The notes: a model not told the origin generated them from the sequence alone. Positions 1 through 11,094 are shown, counted from the first letter of the stretch. The stretch is DNA of 64,000 nt from Lepidodermella squamata (GCA_047495785.1 JBLDXI010000048.1:992001-1056000), one strand, 5' to 3'. A program made the numbers and translations.

Positions 1-849
1 CCATCGATGCTCCAGCTGCCACGACTATATCAAAGCCCCGAATAAGGCTCATCTTCATGAAGCCGTAGCCAATCGACCGCCGTGCAATTTTCGTCTCGGC
101 AAACGCAACAGCAAACACGGTGTAAGCTGTAATAACAGCGGCTACGCAAATACCAGCCTGCATGCCGAAGACCGTGTAAATTCGCACCGATTTCCGCGGC
201 AACTCTGCTGTAATCAACTGAAGAGCAAACATTAGAGACAGAAAGATTGTGACGCAAAAGCTTGGTCGGTCAGGTAGAGCTGGTGGCATGATAAGAGCGA
301 CGAGCGACAAAGAAAGAATTAAGAAAATCGGGAGGAAATAGTTACTCAAGAACACCGCATTATCGCGTTGAACAGTTACCTTCAGCCTTATATGATATCT
401 CTCAGCAGCAAATTCATGATCGTCGATTTCGTGCAAGATGTTCGAGGCTACATATTTCGAAATAGAAACCAAACGCCAAATATCGCCGTCACTAAGTGCG
501 GACGGAAGAATCGAATAATCGACTTCGGTGATAGCTACTTCCTTCGAAGTATGGTCTAAGCGATATTCCATCGAGCATTCGACACTATCAAAAGGGAACT
601 TCCTGAAGTTGAATCCGTCGCAATTTGTCGTTATTGTAGTGAGCCCCTGAGCAATAGTTGTTACTGAGGTAACAGGCTGAACTAACAACAGGTAAACAGG
701 GAGACTTCTTGCGACATTGAAACTTCGATCAGCGTTCGTGTGAAAAATGCCAGGCATCCACGTGGTTTCTCGTGTTCGGTTCATAACGAACACTTTCTCC
801 GTTGCGCTTGAGTTCACGAAGAGTACTTCTTGATCGACAGGATTACAGC

Positions 850-1087
850 TGTAAGGTAGACTGTTGCTTGATGGCAAAAGACTAGATTTATAACCCAAAA
901 ATGAGCACCTTTATTCTATCATTGTTTATCGCTTTTATAGGCAATCATTCAGTAAAAACCATATATTGCCACGCGGTGTGACGCAGCACACTTATCACGT
1001 GAATGCTATGAGTCTAACACGTGAATCTCGCATGGCTATACTTTGATCGCGTGCTCTGGCTAAACGCCGAGAGCACACCACGCTACA
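850..1087 (-). repeat. 3' LTR
   Basis: TGTAAGGTAG...CGCTACA on the + strand; identical by eye to 6639-6876. Confidence 0.96.
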
Positions 1088-1218
1088 CACTTCCGAGCCA
1101 GGAATGTTTGTACATTCTGACTAACTACTGGGGAGCGCCAAATTTTAACATCATAAGTAATATCACGTAGTTGAGAAAACAAAAACTGAATGAATCAATG
1201 TTCGCCTTGGATGTGCTC

Positions 1219-4200
1219 TTAGTCGTCGTTGAGATCATGGTCGTTCGGGTTTTCGGCTTCTTCGGGGGTCTGGTGCTTGGGTTTGGTTGTCTTACGCACA
1301 TAACTGTGGTCGTCAATGAAACGGGTTGATCGTTGTGCGTAGGAGTGGTCGCCGGCATCGGCTCGCCTCAACGTGCCGTGAGATTCTGCCGCCTGACCGT
1401 CTTGATCGTTGACTGCCGGAGTCGGTGAGCCGATGGGTTGCTGCGTCGTCTGGGTTGGCTGGCCTGCCAAATCATCCAAAGCTGTCGGCGTATCATCTGT
1501 CCCAACCAAAGGTAAAGGATCTGGCTCTATTGCAGCATTTTCGCTAATGATCAAGTTAGGGTGGAACTTGGGAAAATCTGGTGCCGGACGGAACTTTTTT
1601 AGCATGCTTGCGTGCACAGTTGATTCCAAGTTATCCGGTCCTTTTATTAGCCACAGGACTGGGCTTCGCTCGTCCCTAGAGACGACAGTGTATGTCCCCC
1701 GGTATCTTGGACCGAGTTTGTTCCTTACGTACTTGGCAAGGAGGACTGTTTCACCTGGCTCAAAGTCAATCTCTTGGGCTTTTTTATCAAATTGCTTCTT
1801 CTGCCCCTTTTTGGCATCTATCAAGCGATTTCTGATTTCTGCCCATAGGCTAAGAACATGAGGATGAGTGAAGGTGTTGGACATTGGTGGAAAAGCACTT
1901 GCTCCTAGAACAAGTCGCCCTGGGAGGATAGGCTGAAAATTATAAACTGCCTCAAATGGTGACTTTCCCGTTGAAGAATGTACCGCTGTGCGGTATGCAA
2001 ACAGGACCTGGGGTAGTAGAATGTCCCATTCACCTGTGCTTGACTCAGTGAACGCTGCTAACATGTTATTTAAACTTCGGTTAACTCTTTCCGTCCCACC
2101 ATTTCCTGCCGGATGGTAGGGTGTTGTATGCTGTTTGGTGATTTGCAAGTCTTTACACATGTTTTCGAATAAATGTGACTCAAAAGATGATCCTTGATCT
2201 GTTAGGAGTTTCTCGGGGCAACCGTGTCTGCAGATCCAATCTATGACGGCTAGGCAGATCGTGTTGGCTTGTTCGTTTGGAAGGGCGTAAGCTTCAACCC
2301 ATTTGGTTAATAAGCATGTTATCACCAAAATACATTTACTCCCCCTTGGGGTTACAATTGGCATGGAATTTATGTCCATCGAAATATGCTGGAAAGGTCT
2401 AGTTGGTGGATCAATTGGATCCAACGGGACCAACGTTTTTCCTGGCTTCAGTTTGGTCAGGGCACAATTAATGCACGAGTTGCACCAACTCATGGTGTCT
2501 ACCCCCATGCCTGGCCAGTAAAATTTCTGCTGAATGCTAGCGAGCGTTTTACTTGCACCTAGGTGCCCCGCGGCTGGAATGGAATGGAACAGGTGGAAGA
2601 TTTCACCCCTCCTTTTCCTTGGCAAGACTACGAGATCAGCATCGTTATTCATATCCCGGAGTACACAGAGGCCTTGTTCGTTGATCTTCAGCCTCTCCCA
2701 CAGGGAAAGGAATTTGTTGATTCTTGGGTTTCTCCATTTTTTGAGTGGTTTGGTCCTTCGGTTGATTACTGCTTCGCATATTACTCCGATTTCTGGATCT
2801 TCGCACTGCTCTTTGGCGAAGGCAGCCATATCCCAGGCCAAACCGTCGGTAAATTTGATCACGTTGATCATTTCCTGATCAGGATTAATTCTTGACAACG
2901 CATCGGCTAGTACTTGTGTTTCACCTGGTGCGTATTCGATGTCGAAATCGAACTCGTTCAACCACAGAATCCATCTGTGAACTTTGGGTGACGGTTTCTT
3001 TGTCGTCTTTAGCCAAATTATTGGTTTGTGGTCGGTTATCATTGTAAATTTGACACCTTTCAGGTAATCGCTGAAAGTTTGTGTTGCCCAGTATAAAGCA
3101 AAAGCTTCGCGTTCAGTGGTGATCCACTTTTGCTCAGTCTTATTTAGTGGGCGGCTCGCATAAGCGATGGGTCTTTCACCCCCTCCTGAATCTTGCATCA
3201 GAGCGGCTCCTACACTAAAGTTAGAGGCATCGGCGTATAGCCGAAAAGGTAAGTTGAAATCTGGTAATGCCAGGACTGGTGGTTCACTCAAAGCTTGTTT
3301 GAGTTGCTCGAAAGCCTTCTGATGGTGATCTTTCCACTTGAACGCGACGCTTTCACTGGTCATTTCGGACAGGGGTTTCGCAATGTCTGCGTAATTTGGG
3401 ATAAATTTCCTGAGATGACTTGTCATACCTAGGAAACGTCGCAATTCTTTACGCGTTTTTGGTACTGGGTAATTGTCAATTCCGCGAGTTCGCTTAGGAT
3501 TCACCTCGACACCCCATCTGTGGACTATTGCACCAAGAAACGGAATCGAGATTTCTGCTATTATCAGCTTTTCTTCTTTCATTGTCAGGCCAGCTGTTGC
3601 AATTTTCGACATGACAACGTCTACGATGTCTAAATGTTCTTCGACGCAGCCTTTGTTGTGAACGATAATGTCGTCTACAAACACCGTGCACTTGTCATCG
3701 GCTATCTCCTCGCGTAAGATTTGCTCCATTACGCTTTGGAAAATTTCACTGGAATTGTTCATACCGAAAGGCAGTGCCGTTAGTTGGTATCTTCCCCATG
3801 GGGTTTGGAATGCAAGGATTTCTCGCGTTTCAGGGTGTATTGGGATTTGCAAAAATGCATCCTTCAAGTCGATTTTTGTGTAGTAGGTGGCTTGACCTAG
3901 TCGCTCAAATGAGTCAGCTGCCGTTGGCAAAGGATATCGGAATCTCTTGATATTTTTGTTGGCCCTCTTCAGGTCCAGGCATACTCTCCAGGTACCGTCT
4001 TCTTTCAACACGAAGTGTGGCGGGGAATTATGCCTGCTTTCGGATGTTTCCATTTTTCCTTGTTGGAACCACTTATCCAAGGTTTCTTCTAATGCCTTCT
4101 TTTGTACGATATTCATTTTTCTCGGAGGTTCGAAACTGATGAGATTTTGATCTGTTAATTCAATGCGATGACCGAATTTCTCTGCAATTCCGATACGCTC

Positions 4201-5178
4201 GTCCTGGGATGACACGAAGTTGCGGTATTTTTCTTTCAACCGGAGGATTCTCGGATCATCCCGCGGGATCTGGGGATATTTCTTTAAACTTTCCTGTTTT
4301 TGTGCGTCGAATTTATCGGCTACTAAAGGTTGTGCCACGTATGGCTTCTCATTGATCACGAGCTTGTCACGTTCATCCTCGGAATCGGAATCTGAATCGC
4401 GTTTGTTCTTTAAAGCTGGTTTTAATTTGATTTGCCGCTTGGGCTTTTCTGCCACCGGTTTGTCCGGTTTGGGTGCTTCAAATTTCATAATTCCGATCGG
4501 TTGGAGCGCTTGGCTTTCCTCCGAACTCAGAGATTGCAAACTGCCAAATTTATTGGACAATTGGATGGAACCGCGTGGGTTCTCTTGGTTGGTCTGATAC
4601 GATCGCTCAACGAGCGCGGCTATTACCGCTTCTTTGCATCCTAGTAATGGGAACTTGCCGAAACTAGTGGATAGGACGTCCTTCGCAAGGTCTATCTTGG
4701 ATCGAATTCGCCGCAAAAAATTCAAACCTAAGATAATACCTACACCGCTACCTTTGCAGACGGTGTACTCGTTGGAAAATGTTTGTTCACCGATTGTAAA
4801 ATTCAGGTTGAGTTGACCGAGGAGAGGCAGAGTTCGACCGTCAACTCCTGTTGCGACCCTGCTGCTCGGTTCTTGCCAAACTTCACCTTGCTTACCGATT
4901 AAATCGACAACTTGCTGCGAGATGACAGAAATTGTTGCACCTGTATCGATCAGAGCTTGTAATATCAAATTATGTGTGCTTATGTTAATTAGACACGGCT
5001 TCTGACGGACATCGTGTATTCCTGCAATAGCATCCACAGAAGAAATGTTAAAAACCGGTAAGTTCGGAAAATTCTCAGATTCTTTTATTTTGATTTTTGC
5101 GTTTTTACTTAAATTTTTACAGCTGTTCAACTCTTCCGCCTTTGGCCTCGGTCGTGGCTTCAGGCTCTGCGGTTTCCC
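1219..5178 (-). CDS. pol: Pol polyprotein (protease, RT, RNase H, integrase), probably made by -1 frameshift from gag
   Basis: LIDTGA protease, LPFG and FVDD RT motifs, ADAS RNase H, HHCC zinc finger, D-D-E integrase core, GPRYRGTY motif. The listed ORF starts at TTG 5130 but the frame is open back to the slippery site at 5172-5178. Confidence 0.95.
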   Translation of the reverse strand, partial: GKPQSLKPRPRPKAEELNSCKNLSKNAKIKIKESENFPNLPVFNISSVDAIAGIHDVRQKPCLINISTHNLILQALIDTGATISVISQQVVDLIGKQGEVWQEPSSRVATGVDGRTLPLLGQLNLNFTIGEQTFSNEYTVCKGSGVGIILGLNFLRRIRSKIDLAKDVLSTSFGKFPLLGCKEAVIAALVERSYQTNQENPRGSIQLSNKFGSLQSLSSEESQALQPIGIMKFEAPKPDKPVAEKPKRQIKLKPALKNKRDSDSDSEDERDKLVINEKPYVAQPLVADKFDAQKQESLKKYPQIPRDDPRILRLKEKYRNFVSSQDERIGIAEKFGHRIELTDQNLISFEPPRKMNIVQKKALEETLDKWFQQGKMETSESRHNSPPHFVLKEDGTWRVCLDLKRANKNIKRFRYPLPTAADSFERLGQATYYTKIDLKDAFLQIPIHPETREILAFQTPWGRYQLTALPFGMNNSSEIFQSVMEQILREEIADDKCTVFVDDIIVHNKGCVEEHLDIVDVVMSKIATAGLTMKEEKLIIAEISIPFLGAIVHRWGVEVNPKRTRGIDNYPVPKTRKELRRFLGMTSHLRKFIPNYADIAKPLSEMTSESVAFKWKDHHQKAFEQLKQALSEPPVLALPDFNLPFRLYADASNFSVGAALMQDSGGGERPIAYASRPLNKTEQKWITTEREAFALYWATQTFSDYLKGVKFTMITDHKPIIWLKTTKKPSPKVHRWILWLNEFDFDIEYAPGETQVLADALSRINPDQEMINVIKFTDGLAWDMAAFAKEQCEDPEIGVICEAVINRRTKPLKKWRNPRINKFLSLWERLKINEQGLCVLRDMNNDADLVVLPRKRRGEIFHLFHSIPAAGHLGASKTLASIQQKFYWPGMGVDTMSWCNSCINCALTKLKPGKTLVPLDPIDPPTRPFQHISMDINSMPIVTPRGSKCILVITCLLTKWVEAYALPNEQANTICLAVIDWICRHGCPEKLLTDQGSSFESHLFENMCKDLQITKQHTTPYHPAGNGGTERVNRSLNNMLAAFTESSTGEWDILLPQVLFAYRTAVHSSTGKSPFEAVYNFQPILPGRLVLGASAFPPMSNTFTHPHVLSLWAEIRNRLIDAKKGQKKQFDKKAQEIDFEPGETVLLAKYVRNKLGPRYRGTYTVVSRDERSPVLWLIKGPDNLESTVHASMLKKFRPAPDFPKFHPNLIISENAAIEPDPLPLVGTDDTPTALDDLAGQPTQTTQQPIGSPTPAVNDQDGQAAESHGTLRRADAGDHSYAQRSTRFIDDHSYVRKTTKPKHQTPEEAENPNDHDLNDD

Positions 5179-6551
5179 GGGTTTGTAGGTTTCGGGGGTT
5201 CGAAGCCGTCGCGGACCCTGTTCTCACGAACGTCGGCTTTCAATATCCTACATGATGGTAGAAGGTGGTTTGCGATGCCGCAATATGGGCACGGGATGGC
5301 GAATTTGCACTCCTCGTCCCGCTCAGGGTGTCGCTCCTGGCACCAGAAGCATGGTCGACCCGAGCGTTTGCGGTTGCTGTCTTGCGGGTCGTGACGGTCT
5401 TGGCGATCTTGGCGGTCTTGGCGATCCTGACGGTCTTGGCGGTCTGGGCGGCCCTGCCGCGCTTGGCCCCAGCCCTGAGAGAAACCTTGTGCCGCGGGCT
5501 GCTGTCGGCGGCTGTTGTCGGACTGCTGGTATCCAAGGGAGCAGGCGCCTTCGGCGTGCGTAGGCGCGGCTGCCGGTTGCCGGTCTTTGAGGCTGCGGAG
5601 GGCGGCTGCCAGCTGTGCCGCAAGGCCATCGAGGGTCTTTCTTGACCTTTCATTTTCGGCCTTCAGCTCTGAAAGGCAAATGGCATTAATGTTGTTATTT
5701 TTGGCGTGTAGCCTGCTGGTCCGACAAGCAAGGGTTACGGCGGCTTGAAATGTTGGCAGGGCGCTGATTTCTAGCGCCATGCGAACGTTATCGTCGATCA
5801 GACCGTCGGTAAAAACTTGGGTCAATGTATTAATTTCGACCCCTAAACGTGCAGCTGCCACACGGAGGGCTGAGGCATATGCGTCAACGCCTTCGCCTGG
5901 CTGCTGCATTCGCGAATAAAGGTCCTTGAGGGATGGTGCTGGTAGGGGTCGTTCCGGGAATAGCTCCGTAAACTTCTCCGCTACCGCCTCTTGGTTTATC
6001 CCCGGATTTTCCTGGCGGAATTTGTTAAAAAGGTTCTCGGCCAGGGGATCAAGCCTTGTGGCGAAAATGTCTAACCACAGGTAGCGCCTCATTTCCACCA
6101 TTTGCATTGTTGCTTTAAAGCGCTTATAAAATGGCTGAAACGGTGTTCCGGCTATGTAAATTTCATTAGCGTTACCTGAACTTACGACGTTGATCGCCGC
6201 AACAACGCTGCTGGAGGCCGCTGCCTGTTCGCGCTCGATACTTGCGCGCAGGGTGACCGTCCGGGAAGTGGCGTCTTGCAGTTCCCTTTGGGCCGCGCCA
6301 CACTGCTGATGTGCGGTCGCCAACTGCTCGCGCAGCTCGACCACCTCTCGGGCCATTTCCTCGACCATGGCATGATCGGGAGCGGCCCATTCGGCCTGCG
6401 ACGGCGGGCGTGTCGCCGGTGCGGCCGGCTCATCCGCTTGGGATGGCTGAGGTTGCTCCGCATGGGAGTCTTCTGTGTCGTCCGCCTGGGACTGCTCCAT
6501 TGGAGCGGTTTCCTCCATGTCGCTGTCTATCGAAGCTTGGATGGGTGCCAT
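5160..6551 (-). CDS. gag: Gag with coiled coil, (QDR)n repeat and two C-terminal Cys/His knuckles
   Basis: 463-aa ORF just downstream of the PBS; QQPGEGVDAYASALR capsid-like motif; CFWCQERH...C and CPYCGIANHLLPSC. Confidence 0.9.
   Translation of the reverse strand: MAPIQASIDSDMEETAPMEQSQADDTEDSHAEQPQPSQADEPAAPATRPPSQAEWAAPDHAMVEEMAREVVELREQLATAHQQCGAAQRELQDATSRTVTLRASIEREQAAASSSVVAAINVVSSGNANEIYIAGTPFQPFYKRFKATMQMVEMRRYLWLDIFATRLDPLAENLFNKFRQENPGINQEAVAEKFTELFPERPLPAPSLKDLYSRMQQPGEGVDAYASALRVAAARLGVEINTLTQVFTDGLIDDNVRMALEISALPTFQAAVTLACRTSRLHAKNNNINAICLSELKAENERSRKTLDGLAAQLAAALRSLKDRQPAAAPTHAEGACSLGYQQSDNSRRQQPAAQGFSQGWGQARQGRPDRQDRQDRQDRQDRQDRHDPQDSNRKRSGRPCFWCQERHPERDEECKFAIPCPYCGIANHLLPSCRILKADVRENRVRDGFEPPKPTNPGNRRA
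5172..5178 (-). promoter_or_regulatory. -1 ribosomal frameshift slippery heptamer G GGA AAC
   Basis: X XXY YYZ heptamer in gag frame (CCG GGA AAC) three codons before the gag TGA. The -1 frame reads GKPQSLKPRPRPKAEELNSC straight into pol. Confidence 0.8.
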
Positions 6552-6624
6552 AATTCTGTTAATTAATGATTAAAGCTATTTTTTTGATGTGAATGAGGAT
6601 TAATTTGCTATTTAACGAATTTAA

Positions 6625-6637
6625 ACCGCTGCTACCA
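6625..6637 (-). promoter_or_regulatory. tRNA primer-binding site
   Basis: TGGTAGCAGCGGT lies 1 nt inside the 5' LTR end. It resembles the complement of tRNA-iMet or tRNA-Leu 3' ends; the primer cannot be resolved here. Confidence 0.8.
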
Positions 6638-6638
6638 A

Positions 6639-6876
6639 TGTAAGGTAGACTGTTGCTTGATGGCAAAAGACTAGATTTATAACCCAAAAATGAGCACCTT
6701 TATTCTATCATTGTTTATCGCTTTTATAGGCAATCATTCAGTAAAAACCATATATTGCCACGCGGTGTGACGCAGCACACTTATCACGTGAATGCTATGA
6801 GTCTAACACGTGAATCTCGCATGGCTATACTTTGATCGCGTGCTCTGGCTAAACGCCGAGAGCACACCACGCTACA
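6639..6876 (-). repeat. 5' LTR
   Basis: 238-bp direct repeat of 850-1087, adjacent to the PBS. Confidence 0.96.
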
Positions 6877-8538
6877 CAGCCTTCTTCCGGAAAGGACCAC
6901 ACAACCGATATATGAGCTTGGAGCGTCATGCTGAAAGTTTAATTCGATTTCAATCGATTATAAATTATAATAATTGCTATGGTATCTAAATGTCACGCAC
7001 CGTTCACTCAAGTCGTCGATCTCATTGATCCGCATGATGCGAAAGCGCATCAAGACGTCGACTGGCATATCGGAAGATCGATTAGCTAATTTTAGCTCTG
7101 AAATAAGATCAGGTGAGTCGGCTAAAGGGCAGGTTGAGTTCAGCACCATGTTCTCAGCCCATTTGTAAAGCGATTTGGGCCGGCTTTCAGCAGCAATGCA
7201 TGGCACCAGGATTAAAAGAATGACGTAGACAGGCAACATGCTCAAAATTTTCAGGGTAAATGCTCGTCTTTCGCACAAGCTTCACTTCGTTCACCTGTAG
7301 GGGCGATATTTACCACCGAGCATTTGCCAGGAAATAAAAATTTCCAAACCAAAGTGTGTTGATGAGAATGATCTATGCTATGTAACGCTTTGTGCAAATA
7401 ATAATATTCGTTCTGTATTCACGATTTCTACACTGGCATTTCAACGACTGTCGATAAGAATTTAAGAAACTTGTAATAAGGGCGAATTCAGCGTTTCCCA
7501 AACCGTGTCCTATGCCAACTTTCGAGTTTCGCGCGGTTTCAAAATACCAAAAACCATGTGGAGGCACGACTTAAACTTGAGCGCGCGCAAATCTGCAAGT
7601 CCCAACGATTCATTAAATTTCAATTTCAAATAATCCATTCCATACGAATTTTAGATAAGAATATTCAGTTTTTACAGCTCTATCCAATGTGCTATCATGA
7701 TCTTGGACGAATTCAATTTTAAAAATAAATTGGGGTATAATTCGGGAATTTGTTTGCTCGCATTGTGCGCGCGCTCACATGTGTTGCGCAATCGCACGCA
7801 CAAATCGCCAGCCAATAGGAGCGCGCGCGTGGAGGAAACTTAGGCGGGCCTGAAAATGTGCTTAAAAAGCTTGCGATTTTTCTTTCTTTTCACTGCGAAG
7901 TGAGAAGTAGTGATCGAAAGTGAACGAAATTCGATGCCTCGACCTCTTGTGTCCACTGACAAACTCTCGCTAATTTGCATATTTAGTTTTTTTTATTTAG
8001 GCAGTTAAAAGGCCCGATATTGTCGCTCAGGGATAATTGAAAAAGAAAACGAAAAAGAACTCCAAAAGAATTTCTTGGAAATAAACCCCGAGGCATTGTC
8101 GTTTGAAGAAGTTTTTCGTCGTTTATCGGTGTCAAATTCGAAAAGTTTATTCGCTTCGCTCGCACGCGTAGTTGCAACTGAGAATTTTTCTATTTCGAGG
8201 TAGGTTGCCATCATAAGCAATGTTAGCAAGCAATCGATTTCTGTAACTCAAAAACTTGTACCAAATCCTAAACAAAAAATCATACCCAATCCCAAGCAAG
8301 TTGTCCTACGAGACAATAAGTTTGGGAACTGCTAGACTAATTAATCCCAGCTGATCCGAACGTCGAATAACGGATAAAATATGAATCCCGTTTTTTTTCT
8401 TATTTTATTCAGAATACTCAAGGTTTTACAGTTGAAAGATTATATCATTTATACCCATTTCAATAATTAGAGGCATTCATAGCGAAACATCAAGTTGAAA
8501 AAAAGAAAGGATGATGAAATGAACATGCAGCTTTCGAT

Positions 8539-9856
8539 TTAGTCGTGCGAAATTATTGAAATGGTGACGTATGCCAACAAAGAAAACAAGGTGATCGAGG
8601 CCAGGGTTGCGACCACGATATCTGATACACGAATAAGGCTGATTTTCAAGCAACCGGCGCCAATCAACCGCTTAGCAATCCTCGTCTCGGCAAACGCAAC
8701 AGCAAACACGGTGTAAGCTGTAATAACTGCGGCTACGCAAATACTGGCCTGCATGCCGAATACAGTATAGATGCGAATCGATTTTTTTGGCAGTTCTTCC
8801 GTAACCAGTTGGAGCGCGAACATGAGGGATAGAAATGTGGTAACGCAGAAGCTGGCCCGATCAGGTAGAGCTGGAGGCATGATGAAAGCTACCAATGACA
8901 AGGGAAGTAGCAAAAATATAGGAATGAAATAGTTGCTTAGAATCATCGAGCTGTCGCGTTGCAAGGTAACGGTCAACTTCATTTGGTATTTCTCCCCCAC
9001 GTCTTGATCTTCCATATCCACTAAAACTGTCGAGGTGAAGTTCTTGGATATCGAAACCAAACGCCAAGTGTCGCCTTCACTCAGGGCTTCAGACAGAATT
9101 GTGTAGTTCACAGCGTATATAGCCACCTCGTTTGAGTCATGGTCAACGATGTACTCCATCGAACATTCGAGTTTATCAAATGGGAACGTTTTAAAGTCGA
9201 AACCGTTACAGTTCGTTATAATCGTAGTTAGCCCAAATGCGATAAAAGCTGCTGGAGCATAAGGCTGTACAGATAGTTGGTAAACATGGAGATTTCTGGC
9301 GAGGTTAAAACTTCTGTCTGCATTTGTATGATAAATTGCTGGTATCCACATGCTCTCCCTTGTTCGATTTAAAGTGAATATCTTTCTCGATTTCGTTGAG
9401 TTTCTGAATAGAACCGCTTGATCATCAGGGTTGCAACCATCTTTCGGGAGATTCCAACCAACAGATATCAGTGCTTGAAGCTCCATGCTGCAAATAAATA
9501 GTATATGAGTTCATGTACATTTCGGAATTTCTTTAGATTGAACCAGACCGTTCTTTCAGATCATCGACTTCGTTGATTCGCATGATGCGATAAGTCAAGG
9601 TAACATTAATGGGCAGGTCAGACAATCGGTCTGTCATTGTTAGCTCGGCGATCAGGTCGGGCGAGTCTGCCAGTGGGCACGTATAGTTAAGTATCATGTC
9701 CTCTGCCCATCGGTATACTGACTTCGGTGGACAATCGTCAGCAACGCACTGATACTTTTGTCGGCGATCCGCAGCACATGTCATTGAGATCGAGAGCATG
9801 AGGTAGGAAACCACAAATTTGAGTGACATCATAAATATTTCATTCGAGGATAACAT
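8539..9856 (-). CDS. Divergent pLGIC subunit, copy B
   Basis: Exon 1 9856 (or 9832)-9549, intron 9548-9488, exon 2 9487-8539. Signal peptide, WIPAIYHTN, CNGFDFKTFPFDKLEC, four TM helices. Confidence 0.92.
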
Positions 9857-10160
9857 TCATGATCGGCTACAGCTTACTGTGATTTGGAATTTTGTGATGC
9901 ACTCATTCCTGCTTGTTTATTCTTCATCGTTGTAAAAGGAAATGAAACACTTCAAAATTGAATTTTTCAATCATACTTTACATGTTTCAGACGATGTTTT
10001 TCGTTATCACATGATTAGCATTGACAACAGAATTTGACGAGGAAATTTAATGCAACAAAATATCGAATCGTTATCATACAAGTGTTTTTCCAGGCTTTCA
10101 GGCTTTAGGCTTAGGCCCGAAGCCCGAAGCTCGGCAAAGAGAAATAAAGGGTGTTGCATT

Positions 10161-10560
10161 TATATTTATTTATTTATTTATGAGCATTAATATCCAAGGG
10201 GTGTAGGACAGCTCAGCTGAAAAAGAAGCATGATTAGTTTGAACAACAGTACAATAGATTCAATGTGAGAAGGTCATTATGTAGATATCCGCAAAGAATA
10301 GTAGGGAAAAAGAATGATATCACCAGTTTAAAAATATCGTTTTAGACTCAACAAGGATTTAGTAATCAATCATCAGTAACGGTTAACGTTATTTAGAATT
10401 TCATCGCTTGCTTCGATGACATCACAACCTTCCTCAGCCTTTGGAGCAGGTTCAGACAATAAATAATGGTAAGTTAGGTTCCGGCATTGATCAGCGCTGG
10501 TAGCCAAGCGAATTTCGTTCGGTAAACTGTTCCACAACGCGGCGCCACGGTATCGAAGCG
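10161..10560 (-). mobile_element. 5'-truncated LINE (CR1/L2-like) 3' fragment
   Basis: RYRGAALWNSLPNEIR resembles the conserved ORF2 C-terminus of CR1/L2-group LINEs; it is followed by a 3' UTR ending in (ATAA)n at about 10164-10181. Confidence 0.6.
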
Positions 10561-10561
10561 C

Positions 10562-10902
10562 GGGGTCCACAGCAGCATGCGACGACCATGAGCAGCCATA
10601 GCTGATTCGATAGATATTTGATTCACAATTTAATCGACCCCAGACTCGTCGCATTGTCGTTAGAATAGCATGTGCACAGGGCTTTTTAGTAACGCTGGGT
10701 ATTTTGTGGGGACATAAATAAACTTTCTTTGTTTGAATTTTCCTAACCAATTAGAAATTTATCTCATTTTCGGTCTTCTGCGGTGTTCGGGGTAGCGAGG
10801 AAAGTTGAATCTCATAAGAGAAGCTCATACAAGCTGGAAAAGCCACAAAATTCGCCAAATTCTTGCAAAGGTGAAAAATCGAAATTTACGGCTGTGGACC
10901 CC
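10562..10902. mobile_element. Possible MITE
   Basis: 12-bp inverted repeat GGGGTCCACAGC (10562-10573) / GCTGTGGACCCC (10891-10902); no TSD found. Confidence 0.35.
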
Positions 10903-11094
10903 TTGCAAACGTGTACGCAATACCTGTAGATATTGCCAAAAAGTCAATCAGGAAGGATTAAAAAGGCCGAGAAGTTTCATCGACACCTCTTATTGTGACA
11001 CTCAATCGTTCCCAATATTTTATTTTTCAACAAAAAAAGAAACATTTGAAGTTATAATGCTTGAAGCGTACTTCAACACCTTCTTTTTCGGTTA

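Larger units (their letters stand above)
850..6876 (-). mobile_element. Full-length Ty3/Gypsy LTR retrotransposon
   Basis: Two 238-bp LTRs with TG...CA ends, 4-bp target-site duplication CAGC (846-849 and 6877-6880), primer-binding site, gag, and pol in PR-RT-RH-INT order. Confidence 0.97.
1..7239 (-). pseudogene. Divergent Cys-loop pLGIC subunit, copy A, interrupted by an LTR retrotransposon; 3' end runs off the window
   Basis: Exon 1 7239-7001 (MLPVYVILL...CPLADSPDL...INEIDDLSER), GT-AG intron 7000-6931, exon 2 6930-6877 continuing at 845-1. Removing the element and one CAGC copy restores WSFPEEGCNPVDQ and an open frame through WMPGIFHTN, CDGFNFRKFPFDSVEC and LPDRPSFCVTIFLSL to the window edge. 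Confidence 0.92.

Noticed and set aside
1088-1100. Polypurine tract before the 3' LTR
   Set aside because: GGCTCGGAAGTG is only weakly purine-rich, so it was not called.
1125-6566. Many short ORFs antisense to or overlapping gag and pol
   Set aside because: Shadow frames of the retrotransposon coding sequence with no motifs of their own.
7550-8240. CCAAT/GC-box-like stretch followed by an exon-like fragment (about 8000-8200, + strand)
   Set aside because: No complete frame, termini or recognisable domain; probably a transposon relic but not supportable.
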